DNA of 64,000 nt from Guillardia theta CCMP2712 (taxonomy: Eukaryota > Protista > Cryptophyta): NCBI RefSeq assembly GCF_000315625.1, contig NW_005434489.1, positions 1 to 64,000 of the forward strand, read 5' to 3'. The notes beneath the pieces were generated by a model. That model saw only the letters and a list, made by a program, of their open reading frames with translations, made no database searches and was not told where the DNA came from. Both the position numbers and the translations under genes were made by a program. The stretch's first letter is position 1. Each line of letters begins with the position of its first letter. This document shows positions 11,026 to 23,200 of the stretch, piece after piece.

Positions 11026-13778
11026 CTAGTGTACATGGATGGCCTTGGACCGGCTGGTGAACGCCTGCGTCAAGAAGGAGTCGGTAAGCAGCTGCACTTG
11101 CTCAGTCATTTCATCCAGCTGTGCTTCCACAGACTCAAGATCCTCCTTGAGCTGATCGATGGGCGACCTTCTCTTCTTCACGACCTCGATGTCCAAGGCC
11201 AGCAGCTTCAGGTTGAGGAGCATAGAGCGTTGAATATTGTCCGCCTGATGGGTGATGTAAGTCTTCTGACAGGCTCGAGCACGTTGAAGGTGAACCTCGT
11301 TCATCGAGTTGGCTGCTTCTCGCTCGCTATACCTCAGCAGCTCCTTGATCACGATGGCATGAAACTGATCCCTGCTGATCTCTCCGTCCTGCAAGTCGTC
11401 GTCAACGTGCCAGTCAAGACGACTGCATCCCTCTCGTCACCTCGCTGCAGAGGGTCCGCTGCATCGTCAACCTGCAACGCAAGCTCAGTGAGATCCACAC
11501 GAACCATCCTTGTTGAGATACTGCTCGAAGTCATCCTGTCAGCCAATGTCATTGCCTGCACTGCTGTGGAGATCGAAGACTTGCCGGAGAAAGCTGCACT
11601 GGGACGGAAAGCCGCATAGCCAGAAACCCGCTGTTGATCTTGTCAAAATCTAGCATGCCTTCCTCGGCGATGTCCAGCGTCTGCAACAACAACGCACACA
11701 TCAGAAGATGATGAATACGGTCAAAGTTCGATCAAAGTTCCGACCCGAAACAGCGATTGGATCCTATCTTCGAGATCCTTCTTGTCACTGAACTTTGCGA
11801 TCATCTCTATTACAGGGTCCATGACTCCTGATATTCGAGCAGCCTGTCGCTTCTGCTCCATTTCAAGCTCGTGCGCCTCTTGCTGTGGACCATCGACAGA
11901 GTGAGGAGAAGGGCAACCTGGAAAGCACAACATACTGCTGCAGTCTTTTCTATGGTGATAGTTTGAATGAGCTCATCAAGCAAAACAGCCACGACGACGT
12001 TGATTAGCACAACACCAGTCTGGTCGAGTTTGAGTGTTGAGCGTTATGGGAGGGCAAGTGACTCACCGATAGAACGTAGGACGAGAAGAAGAGAGCAACT
12101 GCACGATCAAAGGTTCCTTTCTCGGCCATGTACACTGGCCGAGCGACATACGAGGCCCACGAGTCTCCCTGGAAGGTTGTTAGCCGTTGAAATCTTGCGT
12201 GTAACAGGGCTCACCGTGGCAATCTGGAACATGGTAAACAAGGAAGCACTCAGCGTTCCGAAGAACTCAGGCTTGACCTCGCTGCATGTAGATTCATCAC
12301 TTCCAGGAAGAGTCGTCAAGAGAGGAATACCCATAAAGGTTCGTCGCCAACACGGCATACGAGCACGTCACTATCATCAACAACCCCAGAGCTGAAGCCA
12401 CTGGCCGTATGGCCTTCTGCAGTCCTCGCAGGATCCGCTTGAACGATCTCAGACGTCCCAACACTCGTAAAATTCGCAGAATCCGAACTGGTCGAAGCGC
12501 CTATGGGCCGAATTCAGTACAAATTGCAGAATAGGGAATGTACAGCTGGTTACCTTGACATCGAACGTTGCAGCGATCACTGATATGACTATGACAACAA
12601 TATCCACAGAATTCCATGCTGAGCAGAGGATAAGACGATAATAAGAGGTTTAGAGGATGAGCAGTGAAGTCAGGAAGAGATCATCTTCGTCTTACCTTGA
12701 ATCACGAACTTCTGTTGCCAGCGTGGAATGTGGCCAACCACCATAACAAACAATTCCACCAAGAAGAACAAAGAGCACCCTATATTGAAGGCCGTCACCG
12801 CACCGTCACTCAGCAATCTTCCTGCTGAAGTTGCGGTTGTGTAATAAACTTCTGTCTGATACAGCGTCATAGCAACAGCGAAGAGAATGACGGTAGAGCA
12901 CGTCGCTCGGTAAATCCTGTTTTTGTATAGTTTGAGGCAGTTCACTTGCAGCCATTTCCGGTTGCTGTTTCCAATCTTGGTCTTTTCTGTTTGGAGCTTT
13001 CTGGCCTTCTTGGAATCTTTCGACGCTGTCGTTATGTTCGAGAACCATTCATTCAATTCCTTTTCATCCCTCGCTTGGAAGATGAATGTCCTGTAACACA
13101 CGTCATTCATCATCATCACCATAACTGAGATACTCAGACCTTCCACTGTTCTTTCCATCTTCGGATGTTTGTATGTAAAACACCAAATCTGCATTCATGG
13201 TATTCGCGTTCTTCCTTGTCTTGGTTGGCCTGCGGGATGACCTCCGCTTGCTGTTCCCTTCTGCTGCGTCAATCATGTCATCCAGTTCAGTTCCAAACCC
13301 CACGTCCTGTATTTCATGCAACGGAATGTCATCGAGCACTATGGATGGGTTGCTCGGGTTGGCGAAGCAAACGGTGAAGGAGGTCAGGACGGCAAGGCGA
13401 GGCTGCCATGAGATTGACGAGCTGTTCAAATCATCCTCGTCAGGGAGGTGTCAGGACAAGGTCAAGAGAACAAACAACTCGCAACAGTCTGCACAGGAGC
13501 ACGCAAACAGCATTCAATAATTCAACAGCCGATCACCTCACGATCTTCTTATATAGAGTTCCAGAAAGAATGATGTCTTCGGTAGGCATGAAAATATTGC
13601 GCTGGCTGCGGAACGACCCGACGCTATAGTTGTCATCGCTCACGTCGCTCAGCTCGTTCCCCCAGTGGTTCCTCCTCGCTGCATAACCGTTTCCCTCATC
13701 CCCCGATGAGTCGCCTCCTCCTCCTTCTCCTTCCCATCCCCCGCCGCCTGGCCGCCTCGACGGCAGCGGGTTGAACAT
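11026..13778 (-). CDS. PH domain + single-repeat 6TM voltage-gated cation channel + EF-hand-like tail
   Basis: PH pieces ILSGTLYKK, WQPRLAVLT, TFIFQARDEKELNEW; S3 WNSVDIVV; S4 RPVRILRILRVLGR; pore FGTLSASLFTMFQIAT|GDSW (intron 12169-12214); S6 VLINVVVAVLLD; EF-like LDIAEEGMLDF and DGEISRDQF. Confidence 0.85.
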
Positions 13779-13829
13779 TGCGGTCAAACCGGAGGAAGAT
13801 CACCACCGGTGCTGCTAGGCTAAAATGAC

Positions 13830-14000
13830 TCGGGGGGAGGGGTACTTTCTACGAAGGGACGGTAGAGTGTATGGGTATCCCAGGTGAAGTCACCATTACG
13901 GGTGATATAACCGTCAAAGAGGGGGGTACTTGGGGTATAAATTGACGATAAAAGGGGGACTTGACGATAAGGGGGTGGGTGTCGAAGGGGGTGGAGAGTT
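13830..14000. promoter_or_regulatory. GGGGTAC motif cluster upstream of the channel gene
   Basis: GGGGTACTTT at 13839 and GGGGTACTTG at 13923, plus further G-tracts. Confidence 0.5.
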
Positions 14001-14726
14001 CCCTGAACATTTGACTAAAATGATAAGTCAATGCACTTGACCGTCGGCGGGCCGGGCCGGGCCCCGGCCCTCATCATCGGGTCTACCTGATTGTCAGGCT
14101 CGGCGTCACGGCGTCCTGACTTCCGTCGTGCCAGTCAGATAGCGCCGAGTTACAGTCTATCTCTGATGCGCTCCTCACAATGATTCTGGTTTCGTGTGCA
14201 TTAAACTCACATGAAATGTGTCAGCAACATTTTAGTGCATTAAAAACTTGCACAATATTCATACAATTTCAGCACAATCTCCGAGTATAATTTCAGTTCA
14301 ATTCAAGTATTGGGATGAGAAGCCTAAACAACTTGCGGCTAGTGAGAGAGCCTGATTGAAGAGAAGAGTCATCCGAATGTGTAAGGCTTGATAGAATTGC
14401 ATGAATTTTCAACAGCAACATGCCATGATTGAGCATGTAATCCGGCGAGGCTCATTATCGACAGAGCACAAGTTTGTTAATCGGAGTACAATGACGTTTA
14501 CAAACTCCTAGCTATGGTACCGTAGGTTCATGACAATGTACCCTATCTCCCTTAAAATCCACAATAAACTTCATTCATGTTCAAAACGAAAACTAGTTTT
14601 AAAAATGGATACGCCCACCCAACACAGAGCAACAATCCCAAACGCCCTTATCTATTCAATGTCCCGGGCCAATACCATTCTCTTTTCATATCGCAAAAGT
14701 GTGTTGCAAAAGCGGAACTCGCCATA

Positions 14727-15323
14727 CTATGACATGTCGCAAATAGTCTTGCATTCCTCGATCAGCGGCATCAAAATGCGGTTAATCTCTCTGTAGAATT
14801 CCTTCTTTTCAGTAGACTGAGCGTACCACAGCTGTTCAATCCCAAACTGGGATGACCAAACTTCCTGCAACTCCTCGTCGGGGATGTAAGCAAATTCGTA
14901 CACGGTGAACATGTTCTTGTGAATCAGCATACGATGATCCTTGATATGTTTCATGTACTCTGAAAAGATCTCCTCGTCCTCCAAGATTGGAAGGATCCAC
15001 TGAGGTTTTTTTAAGTCGTCGGGATCTCTTCCGGCAATCTCAATCAAACAAGACAGTGCTACCACGTCCAGGTTACGCTCCTTGAGTATCTCATACGCAG
15101 TCTCCAGATCTGGCTTCACAATCTGTAGAGCGTAAAGAATGGGGAGACATTCTTCATCATCCAGTCTCCACTGGCACCAAATCTCGTAGGCATCCACGCT
15201 GGCATCGATGACATACTTGGCCATGTTCATACACAAAGGTTCTTGGTGGGCACGATCTACTTCAAACATCGCAGTGTACCCAAGGACTTCACGTATTTTC
15301 TTCGAGAACTCCGCGTGTATCAT
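14727..15323 (-). CDS. Intronless orphan acidic protein, ~198 aa from MIHAEF
   Basis: Uninterrupted ORF with normal globular composition; the upstream part of the track ORF is translated repeat. Confidence 0.6.
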   Translation of the reverse strand: MIHAEFSKKIREVLGYTAMFEVDRAHQEPLCMNMAKYVIDASVDAYEIWCQWRLDDEECLPILYALQIVKPDLETAYEILKERNLDVVALSCLIEIAGRDPDDLKKPQWILPILEDEEIFSEYMKHIKDHRMLIHKNMFTVYEFAYIPDEELQEVWSSQFGIEQLWYAQSTEKKEFYREINRILMPLIEECKTICDMS

Positions 15324-15392
15324 GGCGCGTGTTTTTATGGTGTGGTCTCTGTGGTGGCTTGTCTTTTGAAAGGGACCGAGGGGGGGAACTGG

Positions 15393-15660
15393 AAATATGC
15401 TAATAATCTTCAAAAAAATTATTTGTAAATTTTCAGCACATTTCAATTGTGCTGATGATATGCCAATAAGTTGCCAGTTCTTGCAGGTTTGGGAGATTTG
15501 TGTGTCAAATGTGCTAATAATCTTCAAATAATTTACTCGGAAAATTTTCAGCACATTTGAATTGTGCTAGCTAACTTCCCCGCGCAGGTTTGGGAAGATT
15601 TGTGGGTCAAATGTGCTAGTAATCTATGGTAATTTACTTGTAGATTTTCAGCAAATTTCA
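15393..15660. repeat. Three imperfect ~102-114 bp tandem units with internal inverted motifs
   Basis: Units begin AAAT(A/G)TGCTA at 15393, 15507 and 15609; AGCACATTTnAATTGTGCT at 15435 and 15550. Confidence 0.85.
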
Positions 15661-15740
15661 AGCTCCCCCAGCAGGCCCACCAACCTTGGCCGCCAACTTG
15701 GCAAGTTCCTGCCAGCGGCCAAGTTCTTGAAGGGCCCGGT

Positions 15741-17400
15741 ATGAGGAGGGATGAGGGTCCCGATGGAACCATGGCCGTGATGGCATGCACGAACGCGATG
15801 GCCTCGTGCGGCAGCTGCTGTCGCGATGCCGCCGGGCTGACCGTGCGACCATTAAAGCTCCGAGGAGGAGGGAAGAGAGATCTCCACAAGTGGCTCGAAG
15901 AGGTCAGTGCCCTCCTGACCCATGCCTCGTCACATTGGCTTGCAGGTCAAGGTGAAGAACGATTTTCCAGAATTCGCAGTAAGGAAGAATGAGATGCCCA
16001 CGTAGACCTTGTCCTCGATCCGAGGGAGAGATGAATTTAATGCAGGGGAAACGCCTTAGAAAACGCTATCCAATATAATCTTATGAAGGTAATGAGTATC
16101 AGGAGTATTATATGGATGCCATATGATTTGACTTGGACAGGCCGCAAGTGTAATGGAGAAGCAGGTGTGTGAGATCAACGTGATAGATCTCAGTATGGTC
16201 AAGATGTTAGATTTGTCTCAGTGTGGTTCGTTACTACCTCAGTGAGGTTGCACTTGAAGACTACCTCAGAGTAGGAGTACTCTTAGAATCCTCGGTTTTG
16301 TACCTTAGAATCAGGAGGATAGGTAGTGCTCGCTAAGTGTAGGACAGTGAATGGATGTTGTCAGGTGGATGAGAAGATTAAGCATCTCGACGACCTGGAC
16401 TCCGACGAAGTACCTCATCCTGTTCTTGAAGAGATCCGTACCGACTAAACGCTTGTGAAAGATTGAACAATTGCGAGAGAAGCGTGTTCGAAGATTGAAG
16501 AAGATACAATACCTGTAACTAGCACGCTGATTCATGTGCTTGCTGACATGTATGTAGGCAGAACAAGTGGCGGGCAATGGGGACGGGCGATTATGTACAG
16601 GTGGAGCCATTCGAGGCCAGTGAGACATGTTGGTTGATGATGCGAACGCAGGTCTCAGAACGTGACTTGTTCAGCATGTTCAGACACCACAAGAGGTTGT
16701 TTAGAAGTGTTCTATCAGCTTCCTCTTCATCATCCCTCACTTCCTTTCTCTCTCCCAGGATAGTGGTGCACTTTTTCCGCGAATCGACAGAAAGATGCAA
16801 ACTTCTAGATAGGAAATTATTGTCAACTTGATACCTAAGGTTGCGTAATCGATGCTTGTACAGGCATCTTTCGCAGTTGGCTGTGGAGCATGTAGAAACT
16901 ATGTTTGTCAAGGTCGATGTGGAAAAAGTGACGTCACCCTGCTCCTTGTGCATCATATTCATCGCATGCACCTTTCCCAGGCTCCTTTCCTTGTAGAGAA
17001 GTTGAAGGTGAAGGTATGACAACCCTTGCAAGATTGTATTTGATTTCATTGACAATTAACAGGTGCTTCCATGTATGAAGTTGATGAAAGACGAGCAAGT
17101 CTTCAAAACCTTGGTAGGAACGCACTTTAACAACCTTCGCGCTCAACTTGAAAATAGATTGGTTTCGAAGAGTTTGGTAATCGGGATGAATTCAAGACTC
17201 GGGAGCTAGCAATATGCCTTGCTCGATACGAGATGATCAGGTACATGTGTTATGCTTTCCTTGTGCCATTGAAGTTGGAGATGGAAGGCACCCCGACATG
17301 TCCCTCGACGAGTTTGAAGTTGGTGACGAGGATGCTTTGCTAAGTTCTGATTGAAATTGGACGTCATTTTCGACACAAGGACGAATGTTGTATAGATCAA
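15741..17400 (+). CDS. TXNDC9: Phosducin-like / thioredoxin domain protein (TXNDC9/Plp1 type) with N-terminal extension; ends approximate
   Basis: Spliced LREKRVRRLKK..KWRAMGTGDYVQ|VSERDLF..IVVHFFRESTERCKLLDR|HLSQLAVEHVETMFVKVDVEK|APFLVEKLK..GFEEFGNRDEF. Confidence 0.85.
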
Positions 17401-17519
17401 ACATCCCTTTCAGCCTCGCAAGCGGTCGTAGACTAACTCTCACACCCCGATTCAACCCTTCTACCGGATCCGCTCACTTCTCACCGCATGGTTGTTTTGT
17501 AAGTAAATGGACCGTCCAA

Positions 17520-18390
17520 TCATTCGAATAGACTCAGGAACCCAAGTACTGAAGTTTGCATTTCACCCTTATGCTGAAGGCAGTTACTAGCAGAAGAACA
17601 ATTTATTAGAACACAAGGCGCGACATTCGCTAAACTTTGAATTGTCCAAATCGACCCTAGTCTAGAGGGAATCTGAAGTTTTGCCGGACGATGGTTGACA
17701 ATTCTGCTCACTTTGTCCCAACAGATGTTCATTCCATGTCCAACTGAAGTCCTTGAAGCCTCCTACCACAAAAACACTTGAAAGATGGGAAAGTGAATAT
17801 TTGTGTTTTGCTGTTAAGCTCGCACTCATCATGGTGTGGACGGCTTTGAAATGTCTTCTGAAATGTGATTTTTTCGGAGTGACATAGGAGCATTGGTTGC
17901 AGCAAATCCATGTCTCTTGTTTCGGTTCCGGAACGTAAACTTTGGTATAAGTTTCCGTTCGTTCTCGGATCCGTTCGCTAAAGATCTAGGGAGCTATCAG
18001 TGTACTGGAGGTGAAGAACTAGGTCGATCCACCTGTTTCCTGATGGAAATCTTGCAAGGGATACCTTCAAACTCTTGAAGGGCAGGAGCTTGACGATTCT
18101 TACTGTGGCACAACTCGATGACACAAGTTCTCGTCTCTCGAATATCGATGCCATCAGGATACAAGTTCAGGATTTTTCGCTTGCGGTTCATCTCTCCTGT
18201 AGTGCAGGGGGTGAATCGTAGTACATATCAGCACTTCCCACACGCTGTGTCAATCTCTCTTCTCCTGCTTCCTAGCGTTGCTTTTCAACCATTCCGTGTC
18301 CCTTCCATGTCTCTCACTCAGCCTCGAACCATTCCATGTTCCTCGCCCTCGGCTCGAAACGTTAATGTATGATCTTCGGCTATTCGCTAT
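17520..18390 (-). CDS. Hypothetical multi-exon protein
   Basis: Coding-like exons (MNRKRKILNLYPDGIDIRETRTCVIELCH, APALQEFEGIPCKISIRKQ) with splice-like flanks. Confidence 0.35.
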
Positions 18391-18629
18391 GAACACTAGC
18401 TGCTCCTCTCCTCTCTCCCCCCCTTTTCTCTCCCCCCTATCCTCTCCTCTCCTCTCTTCTCTTCTCTTCTCTTCTCCCATCAATTCCTCTCCTCTCCTCT
18501 CCTCTCCTTCCCTGCATTCTTCCCCCGCTACACGCTGTTTCCTTTTCTCCATTATCTCCCTTCGCGCCTCTCCTCTCCTCTCCTCTCCTCTGATTCTTCT
18601 TTCTTGTTTTGGTTTTCCCGCCGAATCTC

Positions 18630-18770
18630 CCACAGGGGTGGGTACTGAATGCTGAGGATCATGGGGGTGGTGGTGCTTTGACTAGTATCTGCAACCGGGA
18701 GTACCCCCTTCATGTACCCAATAGTTGAGGGTATCAAGGGGGTACTTTGATAGGGGGGTACTTTGATAGA
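18630..18770. promoter_or_regulatory. GTACCCC/GGGGTAC cluster between probable divergent genes
   Basis: GTACCCC at 18701; tandem GGGGTACTTTGATA at 18739 and 18755. Confidence 0.55.
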
Positions 18771-18834
18771 TTAGCAGCGCAAACTTTTTCCCGCCAACAA
18801 AATCAGCACCAGATAGTCTGACGTACAACCGCCA

Positions 18835-20100
18835 ATGCCGCCGCTCTTGACATGCGACGTCGCTGCTGCTGCTGCCGCTCGCAATGCTCCTGTCCCTGCT
18901 CCTCATCTTCTTCGATGTTTCCATGAGCTTGAGTCGTTCCTGGTTTCAATGGCTTGCCTCTCTCCTGCTCTTCCCTGACATACCAGCACCTCCTCTAATC
19001 CATATCTTCTGCTTTGCTTCGAGAGATTCGTTGCACCTGCCGCGAACTCTGAATGCAGCTCCCTCCTTCTGTCCTCCTCTGTCGGAATCATCCTGCTTCT
19101 TCATTGCATACTCGCGTTCCTTCAGTTGACATCACAACCTAAGAGGTTCTTTTGTTGCTTCTTCAACGAGATAAAACAGTCACTCAACTTGCAATTATGG
19201 TGTGATCATCACAATGCCGACTTCATCCTTCAAAGCCCAATATCCTCCTCTCAGGAATCCTCAAAACATTCGTGTTGTGTGTCTCTAACTCTAAGGTTTT
19301 GCAGAGCAACTAACCGCGAAGATGCCAACCGAAGATCTCGTGCAGATGCTCTGGTCAGAAACCAGCGCTAGACAAGTGCAACTCGACTCCATCGATCGAT
19401 TGAACATCGCAATCCTCTCGCAATGTTCCAGGGATCACCCTGCAGACACCCTGCAACATGTACAGGTGGATAATGCAATTCAAGCAGAGACGGATGTTCC
19501 TTCAAACGATAGTCTGTTGTGCTCTGATGATGTATTTCATGATCATGAAGTCAATGCTGACTCCGCTAAGCAAAACAGTGTCATAGAACCGGATGACCAG
19601 ATCCGAGATCTCGATTCGAAACCATTAAAGGATGATGCTGAGACGTCGAAGACTCGGCAACGACGGCTGCAGTGGACGGAAGTTGATATGTTACTGCCTC
19701 AGCAGCCAGTCCTGTCGGAAGAAAAGCGCTCCCCGAACAAAAAGGGACGTCTCTTTGAATCGCTAGGTCAGTGTCTACCTCTCATGGTAATGCCGTTGAT
19801 TATGCTAACAGAAGAGTTGAAAGCTGCGCTCTCCTCCTTGAAGCAAAGGCGAAGTGGAGGAAGAATTCGTATTCTCAAGAAGACTCTCGAGACCCTGGAC
19901 GATATTGGCGTTGTCAAGTTGCTTCGAGCTTCAAAGAAAGAAGCACAAGCGAACGCTATGCTTCTACCGTACTGGACAGTCAATTTTGGAGAAGGCCTTT
20001 TCCTCAGAAACGATGGCAATGTCTTTTCTCGGAATAGAGTGCATGGCCCTGCATCGCGAGGCACCTAGGATGCCCGGAAAGCCTAATTGCATAACTTGAG
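18835..20100 (+). CDS. Hypothetical protein
   Basis: 248-codon open frame 19322-20068 plus probable upstream exons; no family recognised. Confidence 0.45.
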
Positions 20101-20258
20101 GAGCAGGCGCTTTCTGCGTGAAATCGATGTGCGTGTAGCTCGTCAGTGCCATTGTTGGGATGTAATAAAACTGAGGTCACAGATACAGGATCCGAATGAA
20201 AGGAATCTTTCATGCGCATTGGTGATAATGTACATGGCAGGGGATCAGCAGGAGCGAT

Positions 20259-23200
20259 TCAGCTTCCGGAGTAGATGGAGATTATGGAGTCAGAAGCCCC
20301 AGCAGCAAGGATCAGTCTAAGGGGATGGAAGCCAACGGAGCAGATGGGACCGATCCTCTGGCCGAGAAAGCCTTCGTGGTACTTGATGGTGTTGAGTAGC
20401 TCTCCTCCAGTGCTGATGACGTTGACCTGCGAGGAGATCAAAGACACTTCGAGGGAGGAGCGTGACGTACCATCTGAGCATCAGACCCCGTCGCTAGGAC
20501 CGGGGCATATGGGTGCAACGCCATGGCAGTGATCCTCTCCTTATGAGCCTGGTACCGCAAGGAGTCAGAGCCAGCTCTCTCCTGTGCAGGTAGCGCCGCA
20601 CTCGAAACGTCTTGAGTGAGCTCATAGTTCGGAGGTCCCAGATCTTGATCTCGCCGTTGCTCGCGGCAGAGATCAGCTGCAGTCCGTCAGTGTCCGAGGA
20701 GGAGGCGGCACGAGGAGCAGACCTGCGAGTCTGAGCTCAGCGGGCCGTTGAGCATGGCCACGTTGACAACGTAGGTGGAGTGCTCAACCAGAGCAGCGGG
20801 CGGGTTGGAGTTCATGGCACGGAGGTCGAGGATCTGGAAAGAGGTCAAAAGGTTCTTGCAGACAGGAATCGGGTGGGTCACTCGGATGCTTCCGTCGCTG
20901 CACCCTGCCAGAGCAGTGTTGGTATCTCCTGCTTTCATCGAGCAGACGCAAGAGACGGAGTTGTTAGTGCCGCTCCTGTAAGTCTGCTCCACGTCAGATT
21001 CTCCGCGACTAACTTGCTGTCACAGACCTGCACGCAGCGCTCTCTCGCTAGATCCCAGACGCGGATCAGAGGCGTTTCTCCTCCCACCACCAACTTGGAG
21101 AAGTCTTGGAGCATATGCATCACCAAACCTACATACAGTTCCGATCACCTCCCCGCTTCCTCCCACTTTCCCTCCCTCTTTCGCTCACTCGCTGGCTCTT
21201 CCTCTCCCTCTCTGTCTGTCTTGCTCGCTCGCTCTCTCTCTGCCTCTTTCCCCCTCCCTCCCATTACCGGGTCCACGGTTCGATCCTTGCATCTCAGGCA
21301 CAGCTCGCCATCCTCCCACCAGCGTCTCCTGACCGCGTTCGCCGAACCCTCGCCATGCTGACGCGACATGTCACCCAAGTCTGGCTCATCGCAAGTTACA
21401 ACCTCTGATAACGCCATCATCGGAGCCCGAGAGGATGAGGCCGAGGTACGGATCGTTCTGTTCCATCATCACCAATCTGATATCATGCGAGCACGACAGA
21501 TACCTCATGGAGGAGGAGGAGAGAACTGAGCCTGGTGCCTGCTGGATTCATGTTGCGAAAGCTGTTGCTACAGCCCGTCATCTGCGAGACCGTGACATGT
21601 CAGCAGGACCACAGAAGTCATGCCTTTCACCTGATCCCCGTAGTGCCACAGACTGATGCAGTTGGTGTCGTCCCCTACAACAAGCAAGGGAGCATGCGGG
21701 TGGAAGACAAGCTGCCTTGGACAGCGACCCTGGAGCGTCATGGTAAGAGAAACGCGGCTCCTCTCACGGAAAGCACCTGGTTGTCGAGCAGAGCGATCTG
21801 ATGGGGGATTGGGGGATTAGTCAAGTTCATGAGCTTCCGGGCGAGCGCGTTGGTTCTTAGCGCACAAGTCAGCACAAGTCTGAGTAGCTCCACACTCGCG
21901 CGACAGCACGATCACCTTGCCATCTCCATTCTCCTCCGCTGGTCCAACTCCGACTGCTCCTTCTCCATCTGGTTCGACTGCCAGCGCGTCAAGGACTGGG
22001 AGAGGAAGGTGTAGGAGACCTTGAGCAGCCTCTGCCGTATCAAGCCGAGGTTCTTCTGGTAGTAGCGGCTCGTCAGGGTGACCGGGGACTGCAGCTCGAG
22101 GGGGCCCGTTGATCTCCTTCCGTGAGCGTGCAGCGATGGGTCGACGTTGCCGGAGATGGAGAGAGAGGAGTCATCGAGCTGAGAAGCACCATGCAAGCGT
22201 CAGGCCGTGAGCGTTGGCAAAGCGGCAGCAGGATCAGCACCTGCAAGCTCGCCTCACGGACGGTCCGTTTCATGCTGTCCTCGCGCCCTCCAAAGAGCTT
22301 GGGGAACCAGCGCTTGGGAGACATGCGGATGTTGTTCAAGGCGCTCCGTTGCGATGGGGATGCGAGGGAAGAAGAACCGAAGCTCCCAACTGGGTCGCGC
22401 AGAGTCCGCAGGAGCAGAGGCCTCTCTGAAGGACTCGTCGACTGTGCGCCAGAGACGTTTACAGGAGAGTTCATAGGGTGCGAACTTCCTCCAGCATTGC
22501 TGGGAGTTCCAGGACGCTCTGCTGGGATCGGTCTCCCCTGCAGGAGGAGTGAGCAAGAGGAAGGAGGGAGGCACAAATTTCACCCGGCCCGGATCGCATC
22601 TCTCTTCGAGCCAGATGAGGAGCGCGCCTGCGGTCCGCGCGATGTCGCCGATGGGATCTCGTGAGAGCCGGAGGAGAGTCGCCACGACAGAGGAGCAGAC
22701 CTGCTCAGACGTGGAGTGAGGGAACGAAGTGGAAGGAGATGAAGGAGGAGGAGGCAACGGGAGAGCGATGATCTAGACGAGCAGCGTCTGAGGTGAGGAG
22801 GAGAGAGGGGTGGGAGCCTGCGCACCTCGGTAGGGAAGGGAACTGCGTCATTGGGCTTCTCGTTCTCACGGTTGAGAGTCCTCGGGCGAATCTTGACCGG
22901 CGACCTGCCAGGGAGGCTGAGGAGGGTCAGGGTGGCTCCTCCCTCACGACTTACTTTCTGTTCGCCAGGGGGATGGGCATGTTTGACGCGTATGGGGAGT
23001 TGGAGGCACCGACGTTGTTCTGGCTAGCGTTGCCGCCGTCCGATCCCCCACCACCAGTGAGGGACTGATATATGGACAGCCAGTCGCCGTCCGCCTCCTC
23101 GATGAACTGAGGGATCATCACATTGTTGCCGCTCCTGTCCATCCCCCTTCCTCCCCCAGCTGACTTCCATCCGGCCCTCACGCAGACCTGCACAACTCCC

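Larger units (their letters stand above)
14190..15725 (-). mobile_element. Putative inserted element (transposon- or virus-derived) carrying an orphan intronless ORF
   Basis: AT-rich versus flanks, no introns, AGCACA(T/A)T-type motifs near both ends, terminal hairpin; no transposase motif, TIR or TSD found. Confidence 0.35.

Noticed and set aside
15393-15660. CRISPR-like repeat-spacer look
   Set aside because: Eukaryotic context, only three units, inter-repeat segments are related to each other, and no cas genes
16311-17455. Minus-strand ORFs and apparent plus-strand pseudogene stops
   Set aside because: The stops fall mainly in introns of the plus-strand TXNDC9-like gene
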